Source: Felis catus
Lineage: Eukaryota
Length of the DNA: 64,000 nucleotides
Reading direction: 5' to 3'
Assembly: GCF_018350175.1 (NCBI RefSeq)
Contig: NC_058368.1
Coordinates: 50,779,815-50,843,814 of the forward strand
The stretch's first letter is position 1, and every line of letters begins with the position of its first letter. The notes beneath the pieces are model-generated. The model saw only the letters and a list, made by a program, of their open reading frames with translations. It had not been told where the DNA came from and did no database searches. Below are positions 13,355-25,636 of this stretch, piece after piece. The position numbers and the translations under genes are program-made.

Positions 13355-14360
13355 ATATTATGATTTATAAATCACATGACAAAATATATGTCTCTTCTAT
13401 ATTTGGACTTTGTCCACGGTTCCTGGCTCACAGCTCCCAAAACCCTTGAACTTTCCTGAACAATACGAGCAATGGAAGCATCTAGCATCTTTTGTTATAT
13501 ATGGTCTCTGGTCCTCAGTTCTTGAAAACTTCAGAACCATATAGGTGAAACGAATGTCTTGTTACTCATAACAACCCTTTCTACCACAACTGGGTCTATG
13601 TTAATGAAAGTGACTTTTCAAAGCATCTAAGGATGGGGGCTGTTTGCCGGGGGAACCGACCACAAGTACAGAGTACAAATTTTCAGTCCCATCCTTGATT
13701 CCTGGGGAGGGGAGAGGACCCAGAGGTTGAATCCCTCACTAATGGACAACGAGCTAATCAATCATGCTGATGTAATGAAGCCTCCATAAAAACCCAAAAG
13801 GAAAGTCCAGAGAGCTTCCAGTTTGAGAAACCAGAATGCTTCCACATGTCACTGTGCTGGTCCCCAAACTCCACAAAGACAACAGCTCCTTTGTTTGGGA
13901 TCTTGCCCTATGTATCTCTTCACCTGGCTGTTGATTTAATATCCGTTGCAATAAATTGTTAATCTAGTGAGTATGTGGGTTTCCTGGGTTCTGTGAGTCG
14001 TTCTAGCAAATTAACTGTTCCCACAGAGAGGGTTGTGGCATACCTCTGGTATAGACAGCTGGTAGGAAACACAGGTAATAACCCGGACTTGGAATTGGCA
14101 TCTTTAGTTGGAGGAAATTGTTGGAACCTCCAGTGTGTTGACAGTTGTTCAGAATCACAGGTAACCTGGGTCTGTGATTAGCATCTGAATTGGAAAGGAG
14201 TATTGTGGGACTGAACCCTTTACTGGTGTGATCCGACTCTATCTCCAGGTAGATAGTGTCAGAATTGGGCTGAAGTCTGGGGCACCAGCTGGTATCCAAG
14301 CATTTTGTTGTTATAGAGAAGCCTGCACACAAACATGTTGGGATTGGGTTCAGGAACCTA
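13355..14360 (+). mobile_element. MER21-like LTR
   Basis: 'ggttcctggctcacagctcccaaaacccttg', 'aatcaatcatgctgatgtaatgaagcctccataaaaaccc', 'tgggttctgtgagtcgttctagcaaatta', 'ctccaggtagatagtgtcagaattg'. Confidence 0.85.
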
Positions 14361-14564
14361 ATTTATACAAGTACATTGGATTATCTATCATTTCCCGAGT
14401 TTTGTGGGGATCAAGCAAGGTAAATCAGGTCATTTCTTGACCTTTTTTGTATAAACTTGGGAATTAGATTTCTTGCTTCTGCTGAATTAGTGCTTTTGCG
14501 AGACTTTCCAGTTTCTCATTTTTTTTGTTTTTGTTTTTTTTTTCTCCTGTCCCATTGCTTCATG

Positions 14565-15030
14565 GTACAAGCAACCCAGGGCTGTTATAACAAGATACCA
14601 TAAATGTGGTAGCTTAAAACACCAGAAACTCATTCCCTCACAGTTTTGAAAGCTAGAAATTCGAGATTAAGTTGTTAACAGTGGCATTCTCTCCCCGAAA
14701 CCTCCAGGGGAGGGTTTTTCCTTGACTCTTCCGGTTTCTGTTGGTCCTGGGAAGTCCTCAGTTTGTAGCTGTATCACAGCAACCTCAGCCTACAGCTTTT
14801 GGTGGCGTCTCCCTGTGTGTGTCTTCACATGGCCATCTTCTCTCCATGTCTCTGTCTTCTTAAAAGGACACCAGTCATACTAGACTAAGGGCCCACCTTA
14901 TCCCAGTATCACTTCATGTTAAATAATCACATTGACAATGACCTTATTTCCAAGTAAGATTATTTTGGAAGCTACTGGAGGTGAGGACTTCAATATATCT
15001 TCTTTAGAGGACACAATTCAACCTGTAACG
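14565..15030 (-). mobile_element. MLT1 (MaLR) LTR
   Basis: 'gctgttataacaagataccataaatgtggtagcttaaaac...accttatttccaagtaag...ggacacaattcaacctgtaac'. Confidence 0.9.
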
Positions 15031-16066
15031 TTCTTCCTAGTCTGCTTATGCTTTCAAAAAAAATGTTCTTTACTCTAGGTTTAGTGCAGTTTTAGGAGAA
15101 AACAAACGTCTTATATGACCACTTGATGGTGTGATTGAATAACAGCAGTGCTCTCTTGAACTCAGAACTCTCTTGAGCCCATAAACTAAAAATGTATAGC
15201 TTTTTATTGAATTCCAGTCTCCTAAACATCTTCTCCTCCCTACTTCTACCTATAACATCAGCTCTCAAAATATTGTTCGTTATACATAATTGTTACGGGC
15301 ACTTGGATTTCATTCCATTAATGTTGATTTGTACTCATACAGAAGTGGAACAACAACTAACATAACATAGAGTCATACCGAATTTTTCAAATTGATTTTA
15401 TCACCACTCTTTCCAAAGAAAATGTTTGAGATGGCCATAATGTAGCACAGACTCCAAGTTTTCAGAGGGAAGACAAATTTTGTATTAATGTAATAGAATT
15501 TTGATCTAGCCAATCACTGACTTAAATGCTGCTCTTGTTGTATGCCCCTCTCTTAGTCTAGGTAGTGAGAAGGACTGGTCTCTAAGTAATGATACATAAC
15601 AGAGGCATGGGAGAAGTAATAGCACTAAAGTGCTCACATTATAAAGAAGATTTAACATCAAATAGATGTGATGGAAAAGATATTTAAGCACACCGTGAGT
15701 ATAAATGCTGCTAATGATGGGTCACTTCTTCAATGGCTCTATTCCAAAGTGTATCACCGTATTAATCAAATACTTGGTATTATCTGCACACTGATTATTA
15801 CTAAGAGACTAGTATGTCAAAATAAGATCTTACTGTAGTCATTAATGAATCTCCTGGCTAAAGTGGCACTTAAGTAAATTACCTCTGAGAAGTAAGGCTA
15901 TAGTCGAAGAAGACTCATGGCTGCCGCAGCGCCAGCTCCTTGGTGACATTTGGGAAGATAGCTCACAAATGTTATAAAGATTAGATATTTACACAAAATA
16001 ACATATATAAAACTGGCTGGCGTGTTGCCTACATGAAATAAGTGCTCATTAAGAGCTATCACTTTA

Positions 16067-16270
16067 GGGGCACCTGGGTGACTCCATTTGTTGAGTGTCC
16101 AACTCCTGATTTCAGCTCAGGTCGTTATCCCAGGGTTGTGGGATGGAGTCCCACATCAGGCTCGGCGCGGAGAGTGGAGCCTGATTGGTATTCTCTCTGT
16201 CTTTCCCTCTGTCCCTCTCGCCTACTTGTGCTTTCTTTCTCTCTCTAAAACAAAAACTAAAATAAACTAA
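16067..16270 (+). mobile_element. Can-SINE
   Basis: 15-bp TSD aagagctatcacttt at 16051-16065 and 16271-16285. Confidence 0.96.
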
Positions 16271-16512
16271 AAGAGCTATCACTTTTTATAACACTCAGCT
16301 GAGTGCCAGGCACAGTTCTATGCACTTTTCTGAATACTTTTGTATATTTAATTTTTTTATCCTTTGTATACCACATATGTTCACATTCAAAGTGATCAAA
16401 CTGAAACTACCACTACATGCATCATTTTGAGAAATTTATAATTATATATTTTAGATACATGTAAATGAAATAATTGTAAATAGCATTAGTCCAACTACAT
16501 CTTGAAAAGATT

Positions 16513-16593
16513 TTTGCCAAAGTATTATATATATATATTATATATATATTTGCCAAAGTAGTATATATATTTATATAATATATATATATATAT

Positions 16594-16627
<34 letters not shown>
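16513..16627. repeat. Compound (TA)n/(AG)n microsatellite with local 36-bp duplication
   Basis: tttgccaaagta at 16513 and 16549, each followed by TA runs, then (AG)n. Confidence 0.9.
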
Positions 16628-16630
<3 letters not shown>

Positions 16631-16679
16631 TTGTCTTTCTTACTTTTAAGGGATGTCAGAAAAAGTGATGTTTCTTTAG

Positions 16680-16867
16680 CAATGTTCTATTGATTCGTGA
16701 TTCTTAATCTTTAGCATGCATCAGAATCACCTGGAGGGCTTGTTAAAATAGTTTCTATTTCATTAGCTCTACAGTAGGGCTCAAAAAACTGTATTTTTAG
16801 TAAGATCTCATAACACGTTCCCAAATGAAGCTGTTGGTCTAATGACAGCAATTTAAGAATCATTGCT
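16680..16867. mobile_element. MER5A-like hAT DNA transposon
   Basis: 'gcatcagaatcacctggagggcttgttaaaata...tttaagaatcattg'. Confidence 0.75.
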
Positions 16868-17388
16868 TATAGGTCAATGATTATCAGGAGGCAAGGAATT
16901 CTTCCTTAATTCTAAATGTCTCTCTGACTCATGTTCTAAACTTATATCTAAGAAAAAAACAATACGTTTGAATGACTCTCACCTGTAAGCTCTCTGATTT
17001 ATTTTGAAATATTGAAACTAAAATCTGTATGGCTATTGAGGAAAGCCTGAAACTCGATGACAATTCCCATTCCCAAAGTATGGAAGATCTCAATACAGGC
17101 CCAATTATAAATAGTCCCATGACATGAATTTTGAACATCAAGGGAAGGAAGAAGTTCTTTGCAGCCAAGAAGAATCAATCCTGCTTTGTTCTGGATAGAC
17201 AGTACATCCATTCAGGAACGTTATCCCTGAACATATTAGTATTTGATTTACAACTGATACCAGCAGGTACATTTGGATCATCCCAGGCGAATCATCTAAA
17301 TTAAAGCTGTACAAATCCCATTGTGTACTTTTAAAATTTGTTCTCAGTAACATATGGATTACTTTCTTGTAAAGAATATGTTTTACTA

Positions 17389-17606
17389 GGGGCGCCTGGG
17401 TGGCACAGTCTGTTAGGCATCTGGCTTTGGCTCAGGTCATGATCTCACAGTTGGTGAGTTCGAGCCCCGTGTTGGGCTCTGTGCTGACAGCTCAGAGACT
17501 GGAGCCTGCTTCCGATTCTGTGTCTCCGTCTCTCTCTGACCCTCCCCCATCACACTCTGTCTCTGTCTGTCTCTCTCTCAAGAATAAAGATTTTTAAAAA
17601 GTTTAG
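17389..17606 (+). mobile_element. Can-SINE
   Basis: Perfect 18-bp TSD aaagaatatgttttacta at 17371-17388 and 17607-17624. Confidence 0.97.
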
Positions 17607-18850
17607 AAAGAATATGTTTTACTATTCAAAAAACTTAGGCTGTAATTGATTCATCATCGTACACAAAATATATTCTTCACTGAAGTAGAGTCAAATTTCA
17701 AAGCTTTTTTATTTTCTAACCCCAAATTTGATAAGATAGAGGTAAAAAAAGAGAAGGCACAGTATTTGTCTTTGCCAAGAAGTGAAGCATTCAGCTTAGG
17801 ACCATCACTGAAAGAGCCGGCAGCCACACATCACATGCATGAAGCAAATTTTCTGTTCTAAAAAAATTGACATTTTTATCTGTAAGGGTAGAATAGGATG
17901 AAAATTCACATATGGTAAGAGTGCAAAGAACAAAAAGTTCCTTTTCCCTATTGTTCAAAACATATTTCATTTTGTTCCTGAGTGCCTTTCCCTCTGATGA
18001 CAGGCTTAGAAGAATGATTTAACTTCATAACTAAAACGAACTTGCTCTCTTTTGGCTAAATATGGGGCCAGGTCAAAGTTTAATCTCCCTCCCAGGCTCT
18101 TTCTCCTCAAGGGGTCTCCCAGCCCTGCCTGGCAGAGGAAAGCTAGTGTTCTCATGGCCTGGGATTATCAGAGGTTCAGATGCTCTCCTGAATGAACTTG
18201 TCTTGCCAGCCTTGTCTCTGGGCCCCTGCTCACAACCCCTAATAACAGCATGTCTGTGGCTGATATAAATTGTGAATGACTTCCGTGGCCAGGAAATGGC
18301 AGGCTAACTGCCTCCAAAGGCATCAACCCCCTCTCGTTGTTGGCCAGCCTCCCCTCACTGGCACTGCAGAATTCATCACATGTAGCCACAACTGTTTTGT
18401 AGCAGCTTTCAGCCTCATTTTATCCTCCTTGATCTTGTATAAAGGCCTCAGGCTATGAAGGCGTCTGTGGAAGCGACACATTTCACTGAGAGCCGAGATT
18501 CACTCGGTGCATCATCTCGAATCCTCCTCTCTCCTAAACATGCCACACCACCGCTTCCTTCGCCTACAGAAGCTCTGAGTGGGATGCCGGAGAGGAGGCT
18601 CCCTGAGCGGCTAACCTCCTCCCTGAGATTCCTAACTGCTCCCCGGACTTTCTCCTTAAACAGGGCTGTGAGGGCTGCTGCTTTCCTGAGGGGCAAGAAA
18701 CAGGTGCATCTTGTCCTCATTTTCTCTGAGTCTTGGCCTTCTCCACACTTCACCGTTACAAAAACTCCTCGTGAACATTGGCTAAGAGTAGAACTTAAGT
18801 GTTCTCACCAAACGAAAACATGCAATTTTTAAAAAATGATTTTTTTCTCC

Positions 18851-19024
18851 TTTTTTTAAAGTGTATTTATCTATTTCAAGGGGAGGCGGGGGAGAGAGAG
18901 AGGGAGAGAGAGAATCCCAAGCAGGCTCCGTGCTGTCAGGGGCTCAATCCCATGAACCGTGAGATCATGTCCTGAGCTGAAACCAAGAGTGGGGCGCTTA
19001 ACCGACTGAGCCAGCAGGTGCCCC
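18851..19024 (-). mobile_element. Can-SINE
   Basis: Antisense copy ending 'ccagcaggtgcccc'. Confidence 0.94.
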
Positions 19025-19947
19025 TATTTTCTCTTCTTTTTTAAAAAGACACTTCATGTTTAACCTGGGTATATCTTGAGTTCTGACTAGCTATGGCTTA
19101 AAATCTCAGTTCAGGTCACCATCTTTTTCTCTTGATATGCAAAGGAAAGCTTTTAAAATTTAGGCAAATTTTTTCTTCTAACACAGCAAGACTCAGAACT
19201 ATTGCCTGTTGTTGGGCTGTAAGATCCTCTTTTGTCAGTTTGAAGTTGAAATTAACTATTTTTGCCTTCACTAATTATTATGATCCTTAGCTTCCTGAGA
19301 TAATAGATACCTCTGGCTGAAAGGGGGGAAAAAGATCAAATTCAAATGGGTATGAAAAGAAAAAGTGCATTAATTTTTTAAATTCCCTATTGAACTGACA
19401 ATGTTGTAGGAATATTTTATTAAAAAACAATGAGGCTAGGGACACACAGAGGTAGGATCACCATCATCTGAAGACTGCTTTTAGCCCTTCAGGGTAAGAA
19501 ATTTTTAATTGCATTAGTTTACTCAAAGACATCCAGAATTCATAAATTAATTCTCACAATTTAAACCCATAAAAAGCTCACTTTGAAACCATAAAGCTGA
19601 TGTTATTATTCATAATGTGATACACATCTTCTTTGTCACCCACCACCTGCAATCTTAAGAGGAAGGGTCCACAGAGACGAAAACTACACAAGTAGATAAC
19701 TATTTATAATAGATTTACAGCAAAATCTGATATTTTTAACTTTAGATTTGTCATTATCTGAACACTTTTAATATATACACAATATGTGACTAAGCAATAA
19801 GATTTAAGTAATGTTGAATAATAGATATAACTATGGATATGCCCTGAAATGTTATTGTTTATGAATCAGGAAGCTAAATCAGCTCTCAGGCATTTTTCTA
19901 TTCCATTCCTATAAATATAAATTACTATCAAGAAATCTGATATTCTT

Positions 19948-20098
19948 GGGGCACCTGGGTGGCTCAGTTGAGCATCCAACTCTTGATTTTGGCTCATGAT
20001 CCCAGGGTCATGGGATTGAGCCTCACATCTGCTTAAGATTCTCTCTCTCCCCCTTCTCCCTTCCCCCCACCCCGCTCTCTCTTAAAAAAAAAGTTTAA
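19948..20098 (+). mobile_element. Can-SINE (shortened)
   Basis: Head plus deleted body; TSD aagaaatctgat(a/g)t. Confidence 0.92.
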
Positions 20099-20422
20099 AA
20101 GAAATCTGATGTCCTATTTCATACTATTAAATATGTTACTTAATTTTATATTAAACAATTTTTAATGTTTGGGGATATTCACTGCAGTAAAGTAAAAGAA
20201 AAGTAGTATCTCAGCCTATACACAATTACTTAATGGTAGATCTGTGATTACATGCTACTCTGATATTGCTTATTATCTTCATTTTTTTAATTGAATACAT
20301 TTATTAAGAAAAGGAAATAAGGCGAGTATCTCTGCTCTTACCACTCCTATTCAATGTTGTACTAGAGATCCTAATCATTGCATTAAGGCAAGGGGGGAAA
20401 AGGCATAAAAATGGGAAGGGAA

Positions 20423-20618
20423 GGGGCGCCTGGGTGACTCGGTTAAGCATCTGACTTCCGCTCAGGTCATGATCGCTCAGTTTGTGAGTTCGAGGTTCGC
20501 ATGGGGCTATGTGCTGACAGCTTAGAGCCTAGAGTCCGCTTCAGATTCTGTCTCCCTCCCTCTCTGCCCCTTCCCCATTCGTGCCCTGTCTCTCTCTCAA
20601 AAATGAATAAACATTCTT
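20423..20618 (+). mobile_element. Can-SINE
   Basis: TSD aaaaatgggaag(g/t)gaa. Confidence 0.96.
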
Positions 20619-20716
20619 AAAAAATGGGAAGTGAAGAAATTAACAGCTTTTAGTCACAGATGACACAATCATTTAAATAGAAAGTCCCAAGTGATCTACA
20701 AAAAAGGTAATAACTT

Positions 20717-20920
20717 GGGGCACCTGGGTGGCTTAGTTGGTTGGGCGTCGGACTTCGGCTCAGGTCATGATCTCACGGTCAGTGGGTTCGAGCCCCGCAT
20801 TGGGCTCTGTGCTGTCAGTTCAGAAACTGGAGCCTCCTTCAGATTCTGTGTCTCCCTCTCTCTCTCTCTGCCCCTCCCCCACTCACTCTCTGTCTCTCAA
20901 AAAATGAATAAACGTTTAAA
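20717..20920 (+). mobile_element. Can-SINE
   Basis: TSD aaaaaaggtaataact. Confidence 0.96.
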
Positions 20921-21959
20921 AAAAAAGGTAATAACTAGAACTGATAAGTGAATTTAGCAATGTTGAATAATAAAGGTCAAAATGCAAAAATCAAATGTTT
21001 TGCATATACTGCCAAGGCATACTTAGAAACTAAAAATTTTTTAAATAGTGCCACTTACAGTAAGATCATAAAATATGGAATTCTAAGGTATAACCTAACG
21101 GAATAATTTCAAAGTCTGCAAACTGATGAAAATTATAAAAATTAATGGGAAAATTTTAGAAAAGAAAATCTTTTTACATTGGGTTACAGAAAAAGTCCTT
21201 AGAAACAAAAAAGCATGTGCCATTAAAGAGAACAAAACTTAATAAATTGGACTTCAACAATATGAACATTTCCTCCTTTTTAAGAATACTGTTAAGAAAA
21301 TGAAAAGACACCACAGCCTGGGAGAAAATATTTGCAAAATACACATGACAGCAGCCAAAGAGCGGTAGGATTGTGAGGTCATAGATCTGGCTAGTGAAGA
21401 GGGAAGACAAAAAGGAAGTGAAGAGTGATCAAAAGATTAAAAAGGTAGAATAAGTGGGTAGGGTTAGCTAGCAAGGTGGCACTTTATGTATGCTAAATGC
21501 AGAGCTGCAAGGTCATGCTTCTCTTTCCAGCTTACACTGGTGTCTTTTTCTGTCATAGATTCAGGGATGACTGGCAGCTCATTATCTTCAGGTGAAGAGA
21601 GTTGTGTCATGGCTACTGAGAAAAGTTAGTGGGAAAGCATTATATAAAGTCTGTAGAGGTAAAAGTCACAAACATTTTATGGTTACCTTATAGTCAATAG
21701 ACATGTTTTTACTTACAAAACAGGTAGTGAGTAGAAGGGAAATCTACACGTTTATAGCATGGTATAACAAAATAGAAAGGCATATGGATCTGAACATTTG
21801 ATTCAGCACAAATGAAATGCGGAAAACATGACTGACCAGATTCGACGTGGTTCTCGTGACCTAGTTAACTTAGAAAAGCACACTCGTATTCAGGAAGGAT
21901 CTTTAATCCTTTCTTCCCTTAACTTATTTAAAAAGTAACTGTATAAAACAATATGTACA

Positions 21960-22161
21960 GGGGCACCTGGGGGGCTCAGTTGGTTAAGCGTCTGACTTGA
22001 TTTCAGCTCAGGTTATGATCTCGTGGTTCATGAGTTCAAGCCTGGCATTGAGCTCCAAGCTGACCGTGCAGATTCTGGCCTGCTTGGATTCTCTCTCCCT
22101 CTCTCTGCCTCTCTCTCTTTCTCTCTCTCTCTCTGTGTCCCAAAATAAATAAGTAAACTTT
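21960..22161 (+). mobile_element. Can-SINE (within probable old L1 sequence ~21880-22340)
   Basis: TSD aaaacaatatgta. Confidence 0.95.
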
Positions 22162-23488
22162 AAAACAATATGTATATCATTGTACTCTTGAGGCTTTAAC
22201 ATATGGAACTATAATATATTTGAAAATAACTCGAAAGAAAGAGGGCAAAGGCAAAGCTATATTGAAGTAAGAAAATCACACTACATGACTCCACAGTAAC
22301 AAATGAAAAGAACCAGAAAAAGTAAACAGGTAGGTTAATATTATTCAATAAAATGAACATGTTGGCTCAGCCATTTCAGCTCAAAAGAAAGGTAGTAATT
22401 ACAGTGAAGTTTGGGCACTGCGTTGGACACTGCAGATAGAATGTTGATTAAGACCAAATCCCATCTCACTGGTATACAAATAAACAGTCGCTTAATAATG
22501 TGGTGTTTCTGTAACAGAGCATGTGCAGCATGATCTACTTCAAGTGGAAAAGTTTTTATACTCGTTCCTTTTCTAGGATAAGCATGAGATAATAATTAGT
22601 TTTCTTTCTCAGAGAGGAATAGAAAATGAATTTTCTAGGTCATGAATTTGTTTAATGACAAAGCATGTTCTCTCTAATATTGTATGTTTATTCCAAAAGA
22701 ACTCTTATCAAAAGTCTTTCTTCTTTATAAAAATAGATGCTCCATGTTGAATGAGTCCATATCATTGTTCGGAGCATTTATCTAACGAGGTCAATTAATT
22801 TCACTCTTTTTACCAGTCTCATACTATACACTTCTTCTCTAACCCCCATCTTAAAGCAAAATTTTGTATAAGCCCGGAACCACTGCTAAAAAGTCAAGTC
22901 AGACGTCTCAATAGAGACTTAGTACGGTCAACTTGAATCAGAAGAATCAGGAACATATAAGAGAGTGAAGGAGACTTACTTGCTGATTGTCATTTGTTAC
23001 CAGTGCTATGATTAGATCAGAAGTTAGTTTCACATATTCAACACGCTTAGTTGAATCTTACTGACTCAGCTGGCTCAGGTTGTGTGAATGACCTCCAATG
23101 TTTTGATGTTGCATCTCATTATTAACCTTCTATTACGTTTATGAATTCAAAATTTATTAAATATGTGCTCCGTGAAGTAATGTATCCAGCAATGAGAAAA
23201 CCATACATATTTATTTAATGCCTATTATGTCTATTCATTTATTTCACACAAAATTTTGACTGTCTACTTTGTAACAGACACCATTTGAGTCTCTAGATAC
23301 TTATTGATGATGACAACAGTTCTTTCTTTCATAAAACTTATCAACTGGGAAGTTGGGAAGGATAATTAAAAGCTGTAACAGAAAACAAATCAGCATGGAT
23401 GGATAGTATTCTGTAATAACAATAAGTGAGACTGGTTCCGTGTCTGCTTCCCCTTCTATTTCATCATCTTTAAGAAGCAGCAGGCTCT

Positions 23489-23702
23489 GGGAGCGTTTGG
23501 GTGGCTCAGTTGGTGAAGCATCCCACTGCAGCTCAGGTCATGATCTCGCGGTCCATGAGTTCTAACCCTGCGTTGGGCTCTGTGTTGATAGCTCAGAGCC
23601 TGAAGCTTGCTAAGAATTCTGTGTCTCCCTCTCTTTCTGCCCCTCCCCAACTCATACTCTGTCTCAAAAATAAACGAACATTAAAAAAATTAAAAAAAAA
23701 AA
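23489..23702 (+). mobile_element. Can-SINE
   Basis: TSD aagaagc(a/c)gcaggctct. Confidence 0.96.
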
Positions 23703-24647
23703 AAGAAGCCGCAGGCTCTGTGTTCCTTAATTGATGGGAGGTTTGAGGCAAAGTAGAAGTATATTACAAAACCTTTTGGACTTTATTCCAAAAGCCTATG
23801 CCCACTAATGGTATTTAAAATTAAGTAAAGGAGATTCTGCGCTCAAAATCAATAGGTAGTTTTCCCAGACTAGGCAGGAAGACAATGATTTAAGGATTTT
23901 AGAATGGAGAGTACAAATCACTATTCTACAGCCGCACTCCAAGGATTTGGTCAGACTTGGAGGAGGTGGTAACCTCCTAGTGAAATTAGGGTTTTTAGAC
24001 TCACCATGTGCCCTGTGCATGACATAAAATGTAGGAGCCACCACATTTCAAGGGACCACAATAGGCTTGGATGGACTGATGTTTACAGGCTTGCTCCCTG
24101 TCTTTCCCAAGTGTCACGTAAGGCTCATAGGTTCTACCATGAAATAGAAAGGGAAAAAAACTTAGTTATGACCGAGATGGAATTTCTTGCCAAGCAGGTG
24201 GGATGTGATAGAGGCTCAATGTCAAAATTAGGATGATTTAAAGGAAATACGAAAAGTGAGTTTGATGAGTGAGTTATATGCTCACTGCATAAGAGGCTAA
24301 GATATAAATACACAATACACATTTTGATTACAAAATACAAAGGGGAATGACCAGGATGTGTTGGGATCATCCAACAAGGATTCCTACTAATGGAAAGAAA
24401 CTTCTGGTACAGGGAAGAGCCTAAGTGAGGAGTCAAACACGGGAAAGCACAAAGCAAGATATTGGAAGAAACCTAGCACAAGGTGTATGAGTCACATAAG
24501 ATATGGTAGGACAATGACAGGGGAGGCAGATCCTTCAGGGCTTCATAAGTCATAGTAAGATGCTCATAAATGTAATGGAAAATCAAAGACGGATTTAGCA
24601 GTAGAGCCACTTAACCAACTTAGATTTTTTTAAAGTCACTCTGCTCA

Positions 24648-25038
24648 ATCCAACCCAACACCCAAAACACAAATAATCCAATTTAAAAGTGAGCAGAAGA
24701 AATGAACAGACACTTCTCCAAAGAAGACATATAAAGAAACAACAAGTGTTGGGGAGGATGTGGAGAAAAAGGAAGCCTCTTGCATTATTGGTGGGAATAC
24801 AAACTGGTGCAACTGTTGTGGAAAACAGTATGGGATTTCCTCAAAAAATGAAAAATGGGACTATCCTATAATCCAGTAATTGCACTACTGGGCATTTAAC
24901 CCCCAAATGCAAAAACACTAATTTAAAGGGATACGTGCACCTTTATGTTTATTACAGCATTATTTACAATAGACAGACTATGGAAACAGCCCACCCAAGT
25001 GTCCATCAATTGATGAAGGGATAAAAAAGATGTGGTAT

Positions 25039-25071
<33 letters not shown>

Positions 25072-25393
25072 TATACACTGGAATATTATTCAGCCATAAA
25101 AAAGAATGAAATCTTGCCATTTGCAACAACATGGATGGAGCTAGAGAGTATAATGCTAAGCAAAATAAGTCAGAGAAAGAAAAATACCATATCATCTCAC
25201 TCATATGTGGCATTTAAGAAACAAAACAAATGAGCAAAGGAAAAAAGAGAGAAAGAGAGACCAAGAAACAAACTCTTAACTATAGAGAACAAACTGATGG
25301 TTACAGAGGGAAGGTGAGTGGAGGGGTGGGGGGAATGGGGGTTGGGGATTAAAGAGTACACTTCATGGTGAAAAAAAAAATTTTTTTATTTAG
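24648..25393 (+). mobile_element. 5'-truncated carnivore L1 (ORF2 end, 3'UTR, A tail) with an internal deletion near 24742 and embedded (CA)n
   Basis: Encodes 'EYYSAIKKNEILPFATTWMELESIMLSKISQ' (L1 ORF2 C-terminus); G-rich 3'UTR; TSD aaagt(c/t)actctg(c/t)tca. Confidence 0.95.
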
Positions 25394-25406
25394 AAAAAGT
25401 TACCCT

Positions 25407-25569
25407 GGGGCACCTGGGTGGCTCAGTTAAGTGCTGGACTTCAGCTCAGGTCATGATCTCATGGTTTGGGGGTTCAAGCCCCGCGTCAGGCTCTGTGCTG
25501 ACAGCCCAGAGCCTGGAGCCTGCTTCGGATTCTGTGTCTCCCTTTCTCTCTGCCCCTCCCCCGCTAATG

Positions 25570-25601
<32 letters not shown>

Positions 25602-25636
25602 AATAATAAGTAGACATTTAAAAACATTTTTAATAA
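25407..25636 (+). mobile_element. Can-SINE inserted into the L1 3' TSD
   Basis: TSD aaaaagttac(c/t)ct. Confidence 0.96.

Larger units (their letters stand above)
20305..21350 (+). mobile_element. Old L1 ORF2 (RT region) remnant interrupted by two SINEs
   Basis: 'ctcttaccactcctattcaatgttgtactagagatcctaatcattgcattaaggcaa' matches the L1 RT 'PLLFNIVLEVLA.AIRQ' region; 'gtcacagatgacacaatc' matches the FADD region; later 'ccacagcctgggagaaaatatttgcaaa'. Confidence 0.85.

Noticed and set aside
16929..17353. Three overlapping minus-strand ORFs suggesting a frameshifted pseudogene
   Set aside because: No frame resembles a protein I recognise; only a tblastx search could rescue the idea.
18062..18832. 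Overlapping ORFs on both strands (up to 125 aa) in GC-richer unique sequence
   Set aside because: No recognisable protein or convincing splice sites, and the 3' end runs into a small L1-like fragment near 18780-18830.
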